DNA of 64,000 bases, from contig NC_087438.1 in NCBI RefSeq assembly GCF_036321535.1, positions 1,984,001 to 2,048,000 of the forward strand, written 5' to 3'. This stretch comes from Camelus dromedarius (lineage: Eukaryota). Under the pieces are notes generated by a model. It had not been told where the DNA came from. It ran no database searches and was given only the letters and a program-made list of their open reading frames with translations. This document shows, piece after piece, positions 11,800-24,773 of the stretch. A program made the position numbers and the translations under genes. Numbering within the stretch: position 1 is the first letter of the stretch; each line of letters starts with the position of its first letter.

Positions 11800-12175
11800 G
11801 GCTCTGAACTTTGCTGGCACAGGTGGGGACAGGGCCGCAGATTTCTCCCTGTTGTGATTGTCTGGATTCAGCGATTATTGTCTAAACATTTTCTCTCCTA
11901 CTAGGATGTTCCTTTCCTGGCTCTTTGGCCGGAGAGAGCAGGCTTCTGCTGGGGACTGTGCTGTCTGCACCACTGGCATTTCCATCACCTGCTCCTCTAT
12001 CCCTACGTCTGGGAGGTACGAGAAAGAAAGAAACCCAGGGAGCCACTTCATGTCTGTCCGGGGGCCCCAGGGCTCAGGCTGGATCACAGTCCTCTCTCTC
12101 GTCCCCCAGAGCCTTCCTGTTAGCATTGTATGTGATGCCCAGGGTTTTCAGTTGTGTTTAGTGGGAGGGATAGGA
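11800..12175 (-). mobile_element. Possible old L1M 5' region fragment
   Basis: Ends in GGGAGGGATAGGAGTAAGTATATCTGTTTCGTGTTTCTGGAAGCAGAA, reminiscent of L1MD/ME 5' ends; weak. Confidence 0.35.
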
Positions 12176-12199
12176 GTAAGTATATCTGTTTCGTGTTTC

Positions 12200-12560
12200 T
12201 GGAAGCAGAAAAGACATTTTATTTTTTAAATTTCATAATGTCCATTTTTCCTTAGACTTTCACACACTGTCTGCAGGTTCACCAGTTGTCTACGTTTTGC
12301 CTCATTCGCTTTACTGTCTCGCTATACGCATACATGCGTTTCTCTTCCTGAACTATCTGAAAGTAAGTTCAAGATATTGTGGCCTTCTACTCACAAATAC
12401 CTCGATGTCTATTTCCTATTTTCTTCTACAACCACAGGATCATTTTCAAAAGCAGGAAATTTAACATTGTTGCCACGCTAGAATTGAATCCTAATTCATG
12501 TTAAAATTTCACTAATTGTCTCAATTATGTCCTTTATAGCTTCTAAATTTTTATTTTATT
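12200..12560 (-). mobile_element. Old L1 (L1MC-like) 3' fragment
   Basis: CTGAACTATCTGAAAGTAAGTT...CAAATACCTCGATGTCTATTTCCT...GGAAATTTAACATTG...TTTCACTAATTGTCTCAATTATGTCCTTTATAGC. Confidence 0.5.
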
Positions 12561-13104
12561 ATATTTTTTTAAAGAACAAAATATTCTTGAGAGTGAAAGG
12601 GTGCACTAGTGACAACAGGCATAAGCAAGCATCATCAGGGCAAACTCATCATGTAGTGTCACACTGATTCAGGTCCCAGGAGGGAGCTGGTCTTAGCTAG
12701 GAGGAGAGAGCCCATCACAGGACCAGGAGGAAGGCTGGAGAATGAGACACAGATGCTTAGAGGCTGGAGGGTTTGGTGGTGGGAGGGCACGGTCTCTCTC
12801 TTCTGCCTGCTCAGATTTTCTTAGAGACACAGAAGAGAGGTGATCAGTGGAGAGAGGGAGCAAGTGAGGAGGTGGGAGGAGGCAGAGAAGACCTGTCCAG
12901 AAGGTGGGAGGCTTCCATACCATGCCTGCTTGTCAGTGTCTGGCTGGTATCGGAACTCTATCTCTTCTTTCTGAAACTATTATGTATTTTTGAGTTTCCA
13001 CTAATCAACTGATCTTGCCAAATCACAGATCCAGCTATCAAACTGAATTTGTCTTAGGTTCTAAAAACTCTTCTCCCACTATTTGTACTTTTCTTTTGAC
13101 ACAT

Positions 13105-13640
13105 CATCATTTATTTTTGCAGCGAATGATCACTGAGTGCCTGGTCTGTGTCTGGCACTGGGGGCGCACCTGTCAGCAGAGCTGACCGCAGCCCCTGCCC
13201 TCCCAAGTTAATATTCAGGAAGAGGAGACAGGCCACAAACAAGAAACAAACTAGTAAGCTATGTAAAAGTAAAAACAGAGCAAATACTTTGGAGAAAAAT
13301 AAAGCTGTATTGAGGTGGGTGAGGAGGGTGGGGGCACCTGACTGCAGTTTTAACCGGACCAGGCAGGGCAGAGCTTCCAGACAAGATGGCATGTGAGAGC
13401 AAGGATGAAGCAGGAGAGAAATAAGCCGCACGCCCGGCTGAGGGAACAGCCGGTGCAGAGACCCTGAGGTGGGCATGTGCCTGGCATTTTCAGGAAACTA
13501 TGGACCCAAAGTGGCTGGCGTGGAGGGGAGCAGGAAGGGAACAGGGGTGAGGAGGGGAGGGAGGAGGTGGGGCTGGCGGGCCACCCTGAGGCCTGGCATT
13601 CACTCTGGCTTCCTCGTCAGTGAGCACGCTTGGAAACAGA
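13105..13640 (-). mobile_element. L2 LINE fragment
   Basis: CACTGAGTGCCTGGTCTGTGTCTGGCACTGGGG...GCCCCTGCCCTC...AGGGAACAGCCGGTGCAGAGACCCTGAGGTGGG matches the reverse-strand L2 3' region. Confidence 0.7.
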
Positions 13641-14021
13641 CCCGCAGGACCCGGGCGAGCGGAGGCGGCCGGCGGGCACGTGCGCCGTCTCAAGTTCATG
13701 AAAAAGTCATTAGCCGGCCGCCCCTCTTCTGTCTCTGTCGCTGGAATCATGTCATAAATATTGTCACTCGTCCAGCAGGGGATCAATCCATCCAGGTGGC
13801 CCCCTCTTCCTGTCTCGGGCCAGATGTTTCTGTTATTTATGTCAAGAAAATGACATTTACGTGACGGCCTCTGGTTGTTTACAGAAGTCGAGCTTCTCTG
13901 ACAGAGCTCGGTGTGTGTGCTCAGCCCAGAGATTATGCACGAGCCGGGGCGGTGTTTTCTTTTTTAAATCAAAATCCGTCATCATTATTATTATTATTAG
14001 CAGTAGCAGTAGTAGCAGCTG

Positions 14022-14800
14022 TATTATAACAGAAGTATAGTTGAAGCTGTGTTAGTTTCTGGAGTACAGCATAGTGTTCAGTTATACACATATATATATA
14101 TATTCCTTTTCATATTTTCATGTTCTTTTTCATTATAAGTTATTACCTGATGCAGAATATAGTTCCCTGTGCTCTACTGTATAAACTTATTGTTTGCCTA
14201 TTTTATATATAGCAGTTAATATCTGCAAATCTCAAACCCCCAACTTATCCCTTCCTACCTCCTTCCCCCGCTGGTAACCATAAGTTTGTTTTCTGTGTCA
14301 GAGTCTGTTTCTGTTTTGTAAATAAGTTAATTTGTCTAATTTTTTTTTTTAGACTCCACATAGGAGTGATTTCATATGGTATTTTTATTTCTCTTTCTCT
14401 CTTACTTCACTGAGANNNNNNNNNNNNNNNNNNNNNNNNNNNNNNNNNNNNNNNNNNNNNNNNNNNNNNNNNNNNNNNNNNNNNNNNNNNNNNNNNNNNN
14501 NNNNNNNNNNNNNNNNNNNNNNNNNNNNNNNNNNNNNNNNNNNNNNNNNNNNNNNNNNNNNNNNNNNNNNNNNNNNNNCTGTGGATATTGGGGTGCATGT
14601 ATCTTTTCAGATTAGTTCCCTCCAGATACATGCCCAAGAGTGGGACTGCTGGATCATAGGGTAAGTCTATTTTTTGTTTTTTGAGGACTTGTCATACTGT
14701 TTTCCATAATGACTGCACCAAACTTCATTCCCTCCAGCAGTGTAGGAGGGTTCCCTTTTCTCTGCACCCTCTCTAGCACTTACTGTTTGTGGACTTTTAT
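14022..14800 (-). mobile_element. Artiodactyl/camelid L1 3' end (ORF2 C-terminus plus 3'UTR), interrupted by an N block
   Basis: GAATATAGTTCCCTGTGCTCTACTGTA, CTGGTAACCATAAGTTTGTTTTC and GGGGTGCATGTATCTTTTCAG; minus frame ..GMYLEGTNLKRYMHPNIH.. lies in the ORF2 C-terminal region. Confidence 0.95.
14416..14578. other. N block, 163 bp, inside L1
   Basis: Run of N counted from sequence. Confidence 0.99.
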
Positions 14801-15390
14801 AATCGAAAACCAATTCTTGATATCCTAATCTAATTCAAAACTCTTAGATTAACAATCACAATGCATCTTATTTCCAAGTTTGATGCCATGTGTCCTTCCC
14901 ACTTTGTGTGAGTGTATCTGCATAAAATGGGGCCGAAATGCGAGTTTGCTCCAGAAGATTAGAACCATGGACCAGTCGAGCCCACTGATCTCAGCTGGAA
15001 GAGGAACCACTGACCAGAAGGATCTCTCCTGATTGTTAGTGCGCGCTGCCAGCTGCCAAGCCCCCAGCAGGGGGACAGACAGAACACGGAGCCACAGGAG
15101 AAGGTGCTGCATCTTTGAACAGAGAGCCCCCCGGGTCATATTCCAGGGCTCCTCGAAGCCCCCTCCAGGAGGTCCTCACCCTGTGGGCTGTCAGCAGGAG
15201 ACCGCAGCGGGGCAGGGGCGGGGCTGCGGCCCCCCCTCCCCGGCCGAGGCCCTGCAGCTGCTCAGGCGGTGCCGCCTCTCAGGAGTGGTTGCTCCATCAG
15301 GTGTGGACGACCCAGTGGGAACGTGGGCAGGAGACTCAGACAGACGTCTTCCCAGTGAAGACGTACGAGTGGACACCCAGCGCTTGGAAA

Positions 15391-15587
15391 GACACACACC
15401 GCTATACATAAAATAGAAAAACAACGAGGTCCTGCTGTAAAGCACAGGGAACTGTATTCAACATCTCGTAATAGCCTAGAATGAAAAAGAACATGAAAAA
15501 TGGTGTATGTATGTATGTGTATGATTGAAGCATTGTGCTGCACACCAGAAACTGACACATTATAAACTGACTGTACTTCAATAAAAA
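15391..15587 (+). mobile_element. 5'-truncated L1 3'UTR tail
   Basis: TATACATAAAATAGAAAAACAACGAGGTCCTGCTGTAAAGCACAGGGAACTGTATTCAA...CTGTACTTCAATAAAAA. Confidence 0.9.
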
Positions 15588-17867
15588 TGATTATTTTTCA
15601 ATTATAGAGCATCACACAAGACGAAGATTTCACGTGCTTCTATATTAAAGATGTTCAAACCACACATGCACCCATTCACCAGCGTTCTTCATCTTTCCTG
15701 GTTGTCACCCGCCATCCCTTGCTGACTTACCACGATGCCTTATTTCATTTGGTAGCTCAGAAATTACTTTGATCTCTTTGAAATAAAATAACTTAATCCT
15801 TAAGCATCAGCTCTGTCTGTGATTTCTCTGCATGACAATGGTGGCGCGCTTAGGAAATCTATGATATAAAATGGGAGAGAGTAACCATCTAATTTTTTTT
15901 AAAAAACTGAGCTTCAGAAGCTTATATAATTTTCGTTAGTGGTATTTATCTTAGTTTGACAATGTGGTGCAGCTTCAACTTAGTATCTAAGGCAAGTTGG
16001 ACCGAAATTGAATATAGATCAGGTCTTGAGCTTGCCAGCAGAACAAATCGGTCTGATTATGTGGGATTACATGGTGCATGAATTTTTAAATTAAATAGTT
16101 TCTTGCCCTATTAAATAATGTCAACAGTATTGTTGTGCTGAGTTATTTTCATATCTTGTCTTCTTTCATATACAAGTATTTTTTTCTTTTATTAACCAAC
16201 GTTCCTTCATTTAGATACGGTGACATTCAGGACGTCACTTCTCTCTCTGGAGAGTCTATTCATGTCAAGTAAAGTTTCAGAGTTAATTTAATTTTTTTTC
16301 TTTTCTTATATTTCATGACATACTAAATTATCTTTGGGTTTTTTCTTCCATAATTCTGGAATTAAATTCTGGAATTCTCGTTGGTTTGGTTAGAATGTCA
16401 ACTTGTGTCCTTTCACTGGAGCAAATCCGTGCACTTTCTTCTTTGAGGTTCCTGTTAATATTTACTGACTGTTTTTGTCTGTTGTCCAGTTATTCAAATC
16501 CCCTCCTGTTTGCTGCCGGTGTTCCCAGGCCCCACATCCATTCAGGAATCCGAGATTCTGAAAGGGACAGAGAGCTCCTGGCCGGGAAGGAGCCGCTGGT
16601 GGGAGGCGTCCACCCCGAGCACCCAGGCTCCTGCCCCCGCCCTGTGCAGCCACAGGCAGCTTCAAACACCAAAACACATTGTCTTGAGCCCCAGCCTGTG
16701 AGCTGTTGTTTTAATACTTTCTCCAAGGAAACCGAGTTAGGCAAAACTACATGTGCTTTGGCTTAAGTAGCCAGAGGACACGAGTCAGCAATGGCCACAG
16801 GCAGCCTCCTCTGTCGCTGATAAATGTCTTTATCGTTGTCTATCCTTGCCTGCACTCTCCTGTTTGTGAGCACACTTAAGTAATAATTACTTCTGTTCAC
16901 TTATTTTCTTCTCAGAATTGGACTATGCCACCACAAACCCTCAGGGCTGGGGTGGCACTGCGGTCCCTGTGGGTCCTTGGGGCACTGGGTGAAGATGCTT
17001 CCTGGGGCTGCATGGGGCGCCCCTCTGCGTCCTCTCGTGGTCCAGCAGGTGCGCCCCCGGAGGAGCAGGGTGGGGCCGAAGCCAGCCGAGACGTCCTGCA
17101 GGCCCTGGGGTGGCCGTTGGCAGCCAGGCGCAGTTCTGCCTCCCACGGGGTCTTGGACCCGCCTGCACGTCAGGCAGAGGGAACCACGGGTGCTCAGAGG
17201 GCTGGAGAGTGTCACAGTGTCGCTGGCCCAGAGTGGACACCAGCCATTGCCCAGCGCCCTCCCCCACCACCTTTACCTTTTCACCTGGGTCTTCAGGACC
17301 AAACGTCACCTTGCTGATAAGAATGCCCCTGTCCCTGTTGCCCCCTCTGTACCCACGTCTCGATTTTCCTGGGGTGGTAACAGCATGACAGTGACAGCAA
17401 GATGAGCAGAGCTGTGCCCGCGTGCCCTGCTCCCCTTGCGCACCACGGCACGTCAGTCATGGTGGGCTCCCTCGCACCCGCAGCCCGAGCTCACCCCGCG
17501 AGCTCACAGTGATGCCACCGGGGGTCCACAGGGCGCCCGTCCTCAGGGCCAGGCCTCCTGTTTCTGCTTCGTCTCTTCCTGTGCCGTTTCAGGCACATGA
17601 CGGGACGTAGATGTCGTCACAGTGCTTCAACACGGGGGTCACACACAGGATGTGTGTGGGACGGAGCGGCTTCAGGGAAGAGCAGATTCCAGAATTTCTA
17701 TGTAGACGTGGCTTAGTGATCACAACTGGCTTACAAGAGTTTTGGGGGAGCTAGCAACAGAACTGTTTTTAGACTAGTTAGCCCACTCCTTTTCAGGAGG
17801 TTGCCTCCCTGTTTGGGTTGGCTCGGAGAAAAGACTGCAGAGACAGGGCAGTGCAACTTAGAAATTA

Positions 17868-17888
17868 TGTGTGTGTGTGTGTGTGTGT
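17868..17888. repeat. (TG)n microsatellite
   Basis: ~10 perfect TG units. Confidence 0.95.
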
Positions 17889-17954
17889 TTAGTTGGAGTG
17901 AATACAAATATAGTTAACTATGCTTATACACAAACGCTTTTTTTGAAATGTTGG

Positions 17955-18045
17955 CTTTTTATCGATTTATTGGAGGTGCTGGGGATTGGACCCAGGACTC
18001 TGTGAGCGCTAAACGTGCACTCTACCCCTGAGCTACACCCTCCCC
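17955..18045 (-). mobile_element. tRNA-Ala-derived camelid SINE (Vic-1-like)
   Basis: Minus GGGGAGGGTGTAGCTCAGGGGTAGAGTGCACGTTTAGCGCTCACAGAGTCCTGGGTCCAATCCCCAGCACCTCCAATAAAT. Confidence 0.9.
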
Positions 18046-18599
18046 TGTGCACAGATATTTTTCAAAACAGGCACATGAAAGATACACTGAAATGTGTATG
18101 TCATCCAAAGTTGCTTTTTTTTGGGGTGGGGAGGGGATCAAATGACTTGTCATCAGTGAAAAGATGGATGAGGAAGTCTCTCGGGAAGGCAAGAAGGGTG
18201 TACGATTTCCTTTCTGCTCCGCCAGCAACACCGAGCCCCGGCGAGGCAGCCTGGGTCACCGCCCCCCCCACCAGGGTTTCTGCCTCCCTTCCTCTCCCCA
18301 TCGTCCATCCTGCCCACGATTTCTGGGTGTAAACAGTGAATGCACCGATAGTAAGTGTGTGGTTCTGTCAGTTTCGACAGCCGTGCACCCAGGGGACCCA
18401 CACCCACATCAAGAGGAGCATTTCGCCACCTAGGGTGGAATTGCTCGCTCGTGAAGTATGTGCTTGCCTCTGTTTTCATAAACGCCAAATGTTTTTCCAA
18501 AGTGGAATTTATGAGGATCTCTAAAGCACTGGTGATTTCAATCGCCCCACATCCTCACGTCTGTGAGGTCGTTGGTGCTGCTGAGTCTTCAGTCTGGCT

Positions 18600-19470
18600 G
18601 CTCCACTGGGTCTGAAGTGCTTTCTCTTCAGGGCTGTAACTTGCATCTTCCCTTGATCAGGGATGCTGAACGCTGCTGCACCTCCTTATCGGTTGTTCAT
18701 ACATCTTCTTCTTTGAAGGGCAGCTTCAAATAGTTTGCCTGCTTGCGTGAGGTCATGTCTGTTTGTTACTAAGTTGTGGAGTTTGTGTGTAGGTTCTGGA
18801 TGCAGGTCATCAGTCAGACAGAGGTGTTTGCTCTGCTCTGTAACTTGTCTTTTGATTTTGTTAATGGTGATTTCATTATCACCCATTTTAAATTTTGATA
18901 AAGGCAGTTTGTCAGTTTCTTTCTTTTATGGTTAATACGTTGCTGTGTCTTATCTAAGAAATCTTTACCAGCCTCACAGTTGTGAAGATTTCCTTCTGTG
19001 TCTCCTTCTAAAAGCTTTACAGATCTAGCCTTCACATCTATGTTCACAATCCATCTCAAATTAAGGCTTGAGTATAGTGGAAGGTAAGGGCTGAGGTTTA
19101 TTTATTTTTTTCCATGTGGGTATGCAGTTGTTTCAAAACTATTTGTTGAAAAGACTTTTTTTCTTCATCTATTGAATTCCCTTGAAACCGTCTTAGAAAA
19201 TCAGTTTTCACTGCAGATGTGTGGGGCTGTTTGAGCGCTCTCGGAGTCCATTCATCGGTTAGACCGCCGGTGCTTCTGGGTCACATGGCCCTGGTTGCTG
19301 CAGACTCACAGTCAGCTCTGAAACAGAAGAGTGGCGCTCCCACCCCTCCGTCCCTGCAGCTCAAGCTGCCTTTGGCTGCTCGGCGTTCTCCCCCTTTCTG
19401 TGTGTGTTACAGACTCAGCTTGTCAATTTCTGCAGAAAAGCCTTCTGGGTTTTGCATTCTGTATATAAAT
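18600..19470 (-). mobile_element. Old L1 ORF2 remnant (C-terminal half)
   Basis: Minus frame 18814-19059 [38 protein letters not shown] resembles the L1 ORF2p segment [38 protein letters not shown]. Confidence 0.9.
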
Positions 19471-20989
19471 TAACCTTCTTATTAAAAATATTATACTACG
19501 TTATTCCTGTGTCTAAACAAACATAAGTGGCACCCTTCACCTCATGTCTGAGCTAGTCCAGCTCGGAATGCAGTGCTGTCCACAACTTGCAGCCACAAGG
19601 CGGTTGATCCTGAGAGGCTCCCCTACAGCTTATGAAAGCACCTTATTTGATGTGTTTGCACTTTACCTCTGAGTTTCTCTCTCCTCGATTGTCCTTCCTT
19701 ATCAGAGCCCCAGACGAAGAGTGTCAGCTTTGTCCTAGGGTGGCATCTGCTCTTGGCGTCTCTGAGCAGGTCCTCATCAGCTGGGAGCCATCTGCCCTCC
19801 TTGACGGACTCTTCTCTCGGCCCCTGGTGCGGCCGCACACCACCATCAGGTGAACGTCCCACAGTTTGCTTCCCTGTGGCCCTGGCTCGCCTCTGCTGTG
19901 ATGTTTTAAACTACTAAGGTCCAGATACCAGATTTTAACAAAGCAGTCCTTCCCGAACTTGTAGAAGACACACTGCAGGAGGGACACGTTAAATACGTCC
20001 GCAGTAAACTTACCCAGTGCGTGTGTGATGTAGTAAAACATTGATCACTTTAAAAATTACATGAGAAAAACACAAATTAGATGGTATCTCACATTTTGGA
20101 ATAAATAAGATGCTAGGTATTGTATGTGTGTGCACACACGCCCTCTAGACGTGGAGTGATCACATTAAGGCAGAGTTGATAAAACTGCATTTTCAAAAGT
20201 GAGGTTTGCAGAAGCTAAGCTTTTGATGATATATATATATATTTCGCTTTGGAGATTTATCTTACGGTGCACAACCTTACTTCAGTCAATATATACTGAG
20301 GATTACAGACAAGGTGATGATGGAGAGGTTTCTTATCTTGTATCAATATCATTGGATGTGCGGCTCCAGTCTCCTGAGCATCAGCCACAGAGATGGAACC
20401 AGATGCTGTTCAATAAACAGTTACGGCGTTGGTCTGAGTAACTGCCGTTAGCCAGAGAGAGAATGACCTGGGATCGCCGTGGACGCGAGAGCCCTCCTAC
20501 GAGTGGTCGTCTCCCATCACCCACACAAGCCCCGCGAGGATGTGGCCCCTCGGCCCTTTACCTACGCTTCTCCTCTAAGCTGTAGAAATACCACAACAAA
20601 GCCTCACTCACTGGAAACCCACCTCACTGACAAACTCACCCGCAGAGAACGCAGCCTAGAACCAGAAAGCAGATGTGAGTCATTTTCTGCCCAGACTTTC
20701 AGAGGCCCTGGCCCTGAGAGATGAGCCTCCTGCTCGTCACCTGGGGAGTGGCTCCTCTGAGGGACACCCGCTCGTGCCCAAGCTCCGCAAGCCCATGGGA
20801 CCACTTCCCAAACCCACGGCAGGTTGAAAGGCACAGCACAGGACAGGGGTCCCATTGCAGGAGGTGCTGGATCTGGTGTGTGTGGGGGGTGAGCCCACCC
20901 CTCACCACCCCTGGACTCTCCCCGTGGTCTTCCCCACCCCCTGCTTCGTGGAGCCTGACCACATCCACACCCAACGGACCCAGAGTCTA

Positions 20990-21500
20990 CACTCCAACAC
21001 CGCCTCTCCTTGACACACTCACAGACACAACAGTCTCTCGGCCTCCTGTTCTGGATGTTTCACAGCAGCATCGCAGATTCAGAGCCCAAAGCTCGACTCC
21101 CAAGCCCCACTCCGTTCCACACCCGCCCGCAGTGCGCTGTGTTTCTTCCTTCAAGTAAACTGGCTGTTCCAGCCATAACCCTCTCCACCCCACTGCACCC
21201 CATTCAGCGCATCACGGCCACCCCATGTGAGTGCGGCCCCAAGCTGTCCATCTTCCTGCATCCCCACAGTTCGGGTGTCCATTCCCATTTGCTCGGGCCC
21301 CTGCGCCAGACTCCTGATCACCCCTCCATCGCCCACGTGACTGGCCCCCAGCCTTCGTCTCCTGCAGCGCGTCTGATCCTGTCACACCCTCCCCGAGTCT
21401 CCCTTTGCTCTGAGCAGAATCCTGACCCTTACAGGCCACCGACACCCTTGACGACCCTTCTTCTGGCCAACTCCACCTCCTAACGCCCCGCCCCTCTGCC
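20990..21500 (+). mobile_element. L2 LINE fragment
   Basis: C/T-rich GGATGTTTCACAGCAGCATCGCAGATTCAGAGCCCAAAGCTCGACTCCC... resembles the L2 ORF2 3' region; highly diverged. Confidence 0.5.
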
Positions 21501-21834
21501 CTGCCGTTGCACCTCCCCAGCCCACCGCTAAGGAAGCTGAATTTCATTCTATTCTTCAAGGGTCCAGTTTCCCGCACCTTTGAATCTGCCTGGCAGAGAC
21601 AGCTTTTCCTCCTCCCCACACTCCCCACTCTAATGGCCACATCATCGTCATCCCTGATTCCTACACGAAGTCTTCATGGATCTGCAGAACATGGCTTACA
21701 CACCTCCTGGCTTACAGGCCACATGTTTTCTTGGTCCCCAGGATAAGCCCGCCACTCTCGCCCTTATGATAAAATGTTGTGGCGACGTGCTTAATCACTT
21801 CCTTCTCCCTTAGTTGCAGGAGAAGGAGGAGTTA

Positions 21835-21995
21835 TAACCAGGCATCCTGCGGAGTAGTTCGCATGTATTATCTCACTGCATCTTCAGGCAATTTTCTAAA
21901 ATCGGTACTGCTATCAACCCCACTTTACTGACGGGAACACCGGCATAGGAAAGAGGCGGTGCTTTGCCCAGTTACCTAGCGCAGGGGGAGCAGGG
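21835..21995 (-). mobile_element. MIR SINE
   Basis: GCATGTATTATCTCACTGCATCTTCA...GGTACTGCTATCAACCCCACTTTACTGACGGGAACACCGG...TTTGCCCAGTTAC is the reverse MIR core. Confidence 0.65.
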
Positions 21996-24379
21996 GCTGG
22001 CCAGGCGCCAGTGGGAGGCCGCCCTGCTCCTGACATTCCCCTGCAGGGGCCTGGCTTCCTCACACCCGCTCGTCACCGTGTGCCCAGGTCTCAGCACCAC
22101 ACGTGATCCAGAAGCCACCCTCAGATTTCTTGGGGGTTCGCAAAACGAGCAGACCATGACTACGAAACCTACAGGGACGCTGTTAGAAGGCGCAGGTGTC
22201 CCGTGGAAGGACCAGGCTTAAAGGGCAGGACGGGGAGCAGAGCCTGGTTCTCAGGGAGCAGTGCTGACAAAGCACATCCCTGGGGCTGCTCCCTGGGGAG
22301 GCAGCCCCGCTGCATTTACTGTCCTCACGGGGCCCACCCAGGATGTAAGTCCCTGTGCGGGGAGCACGTGGGGCTTGATTTGTGTGCCGACGCTCAAGGG
22401 CTGAGTGTAGGGAGGTCGGTGTTCCCAGGGCTATGCAGCCCGGGGGGAGGGTGCCCCAGTTTTCTCTACAAGATGGCCCTGCAGCAACACCCCCAGACTC
22501 CCTGGGCAGACCTGCAAACACCCACTCCGTCCTGAGTCAGGCTGGCGTGGCATCGGCGGTTAGGGGCACATGGTTGTGCGGTTTCGCAGTCTGGCGCTGG
22601 GCTGCCCACCAGCTGGCCGGCCTAGGGTGGCCTGGCTGGGACATGGGTGACGCAGCTCTGCTGCCTGTGTCCCCCTCCAGCAGGCCAGCCCCAGCACACC
22701 CTTCCTTCATGCAGGGAGCAGAGAGGACGCCGAAACACCTCGTGCCTTTCAAACCTCTGTTGACATCCCATCGGCCAAAGCAACTCACTCACTGAACTCA
22801 GAATCCAGGAGCGGGAAGCAGACTCTGCTTGACAGAGGACTGAGAGGTCACCAGGGGCAGGGCAAAGGGTGGGGTCGTCTGCGCAGGTAACCCGACGCAG
22901 AGATTCCTCCCCAGGCTGGGATGTTAGGCTATCCCAACGGCCGCACACGCTTCCTCGTGGGCTTCCTCGCAGCGTGGTGACCACAGAGACACGGGCGCCC
23001 ACAACACCCGGAACGTGGGTCTTCGTGGTCACGGCCACGTTAACAGCAAAGCCATCTGGCCACTTTGGGGAAATAAGCCTGGAATTAGAATTTATTTTTT
23101 AAAAGTTCATTTCAAAAGCTGCTATGATGTTTGACTTGGCTAAACAAATTGCTGATAAACGAAGCCCTGCTCACACGTTATCTCAGCACGCAGGTAAACA
23201 CAGCGTATGGGTGGCTGGCATTTTAGGGGGTAAGTCTTCACTTGTTGATTTCTAACAAAAGTTGAGAATTTTATTTTAAAAATAAACCCACTGATTCACA
23301 ATGATTAATTTAGAAGAAGGGTTTCCATACTATTCCCTTAAATATACACATAAACAATTATCACTTAAGCACATAGACGTTGCACAAACTGAGCCAGTTT
23401 AAGCGATTTCTGTGAGTATTTTGTTCACTCTGTACATATACACACATATGTACATGTGCAGATGCATGTATAATTTTTTATAGTTGGATAGAAACTCCGT
23501 CTTGCTCCGGGACTAACAGTCAGACATTCCACGATTGAGGCTTCCTTCCACGAGATGTATTTTAACAAAAGATAGCTCTGGATTTCCAAAAGAAAACTAA
23601 ACAGAGGCGGGAATAACAACGGTTCAATAATTTTAAAGGGAAATTGAAATTCTGGAAGCTCCTGCTGCGAGGACAGGTCTCAGGGCTTCCTCGTCGGGGC
23701 ACCAGGTTCCCAGCAGCGTCTGCCGCTGAGCTGCGGGCTTCAAGTGGGAGACGTTCTCATTGGTACCAACACAAAGCCCGCGTCGTCAGAAATCCAATGG
23801 ACTCTCAAAACCAAATCAAACCAAACAAAAGCCAAAGCAACATGTCTGATCCCGCCTCACGACTCCGTTTCTGATTCCCAGGACACAAACAGAAGACGAC
23901 AGAAGTCCTGTCCGGCTGGCGCTGACGGCCAGCGTCTTGGAGAGGCCAGGGCTCAGCGGTGGCCTTGGCCAGTGCCCCACGAAGAGAGGAAAAAGCGGGG
24001 CAGCCAGTGTGCGGGCAGCGGGGCGTCCGACGGGAGGAGGGGGTTGGGCTCAACAGCAAAACCAATTCTCAGCAGCTCTCTTCGTGAGGAAAGCGCATCT
24101 CCATTTCTGCGCATTGGAGATGATGATGTCACTTTTTTGTTGGTTATTCTATTCCTAAGAAATAAAGGCAGGACAGTGACAAGCTGATCTGTTTAATCAA
24201 ATACAGGCCCCTCCGGAAGAGGGGGGCCGCGCCTGGGAGGGCGAGGACAAGGAGCAGGAAGGAGTCGAGGAGATTCGGCGTCTAGCTGGCAGAGCCTGGC
24301 ATTTCCTTTTCTAAAGCGATGATACAGGGAACGACGGGGTTGAAACGAAGGGAGAGGGTGGACCCAGCCTGCGTGGGCT

Positions 24380-24700
24380 TCCACACCTGTGTCATTGGCC
24401 GCGCGGATTTGTGAACTCCTGTCCTGAGCAGAGAAGGGCCCACCTTCCTGCCCAGCGCAGCGTGGAGAGATGCGCTCGCCCGAACGCCTCCTCCGCACTC
24501 CGGCTCCCGGGCGCGGTCCCGCCCGGAAGACGGGTGGCCGCCCACCCTCCTTTCTCCCGGCACGGGGTCCTGGGGCCGCCCGCGCCCTGCCCTCTGCCCC
24601 GTGACCAGCGCAGCCAGTGTGCGCACGGGGCGCGGTCGCCTTGCTGCGCACTCGGGGGCGGGGGGGGGGCAGAGGGGGGCGTGGCTCTTTGTGTGCCCGG
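24380..24700. promoter_or_regulatory. Small CpG-rich island ending in a G-tract
   Basis: Dense CG/GCGC dinucleotides; G-runs at 24654-24679. Confidence 0.5.
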
Positions 24701-24705
24701 TGCAT

Positions 24706-24773
24706 ACACACACGCACGCACACACACACACACACGCACGCACGCACACACACGCACACACACGCACACACAC
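24706..24773. repeat. Compound (CA)n/(CACG)n microsatellite
   Basis: 68 bp of uninterrupted purine-pyrimidine alternation. Confidence 0.95.
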
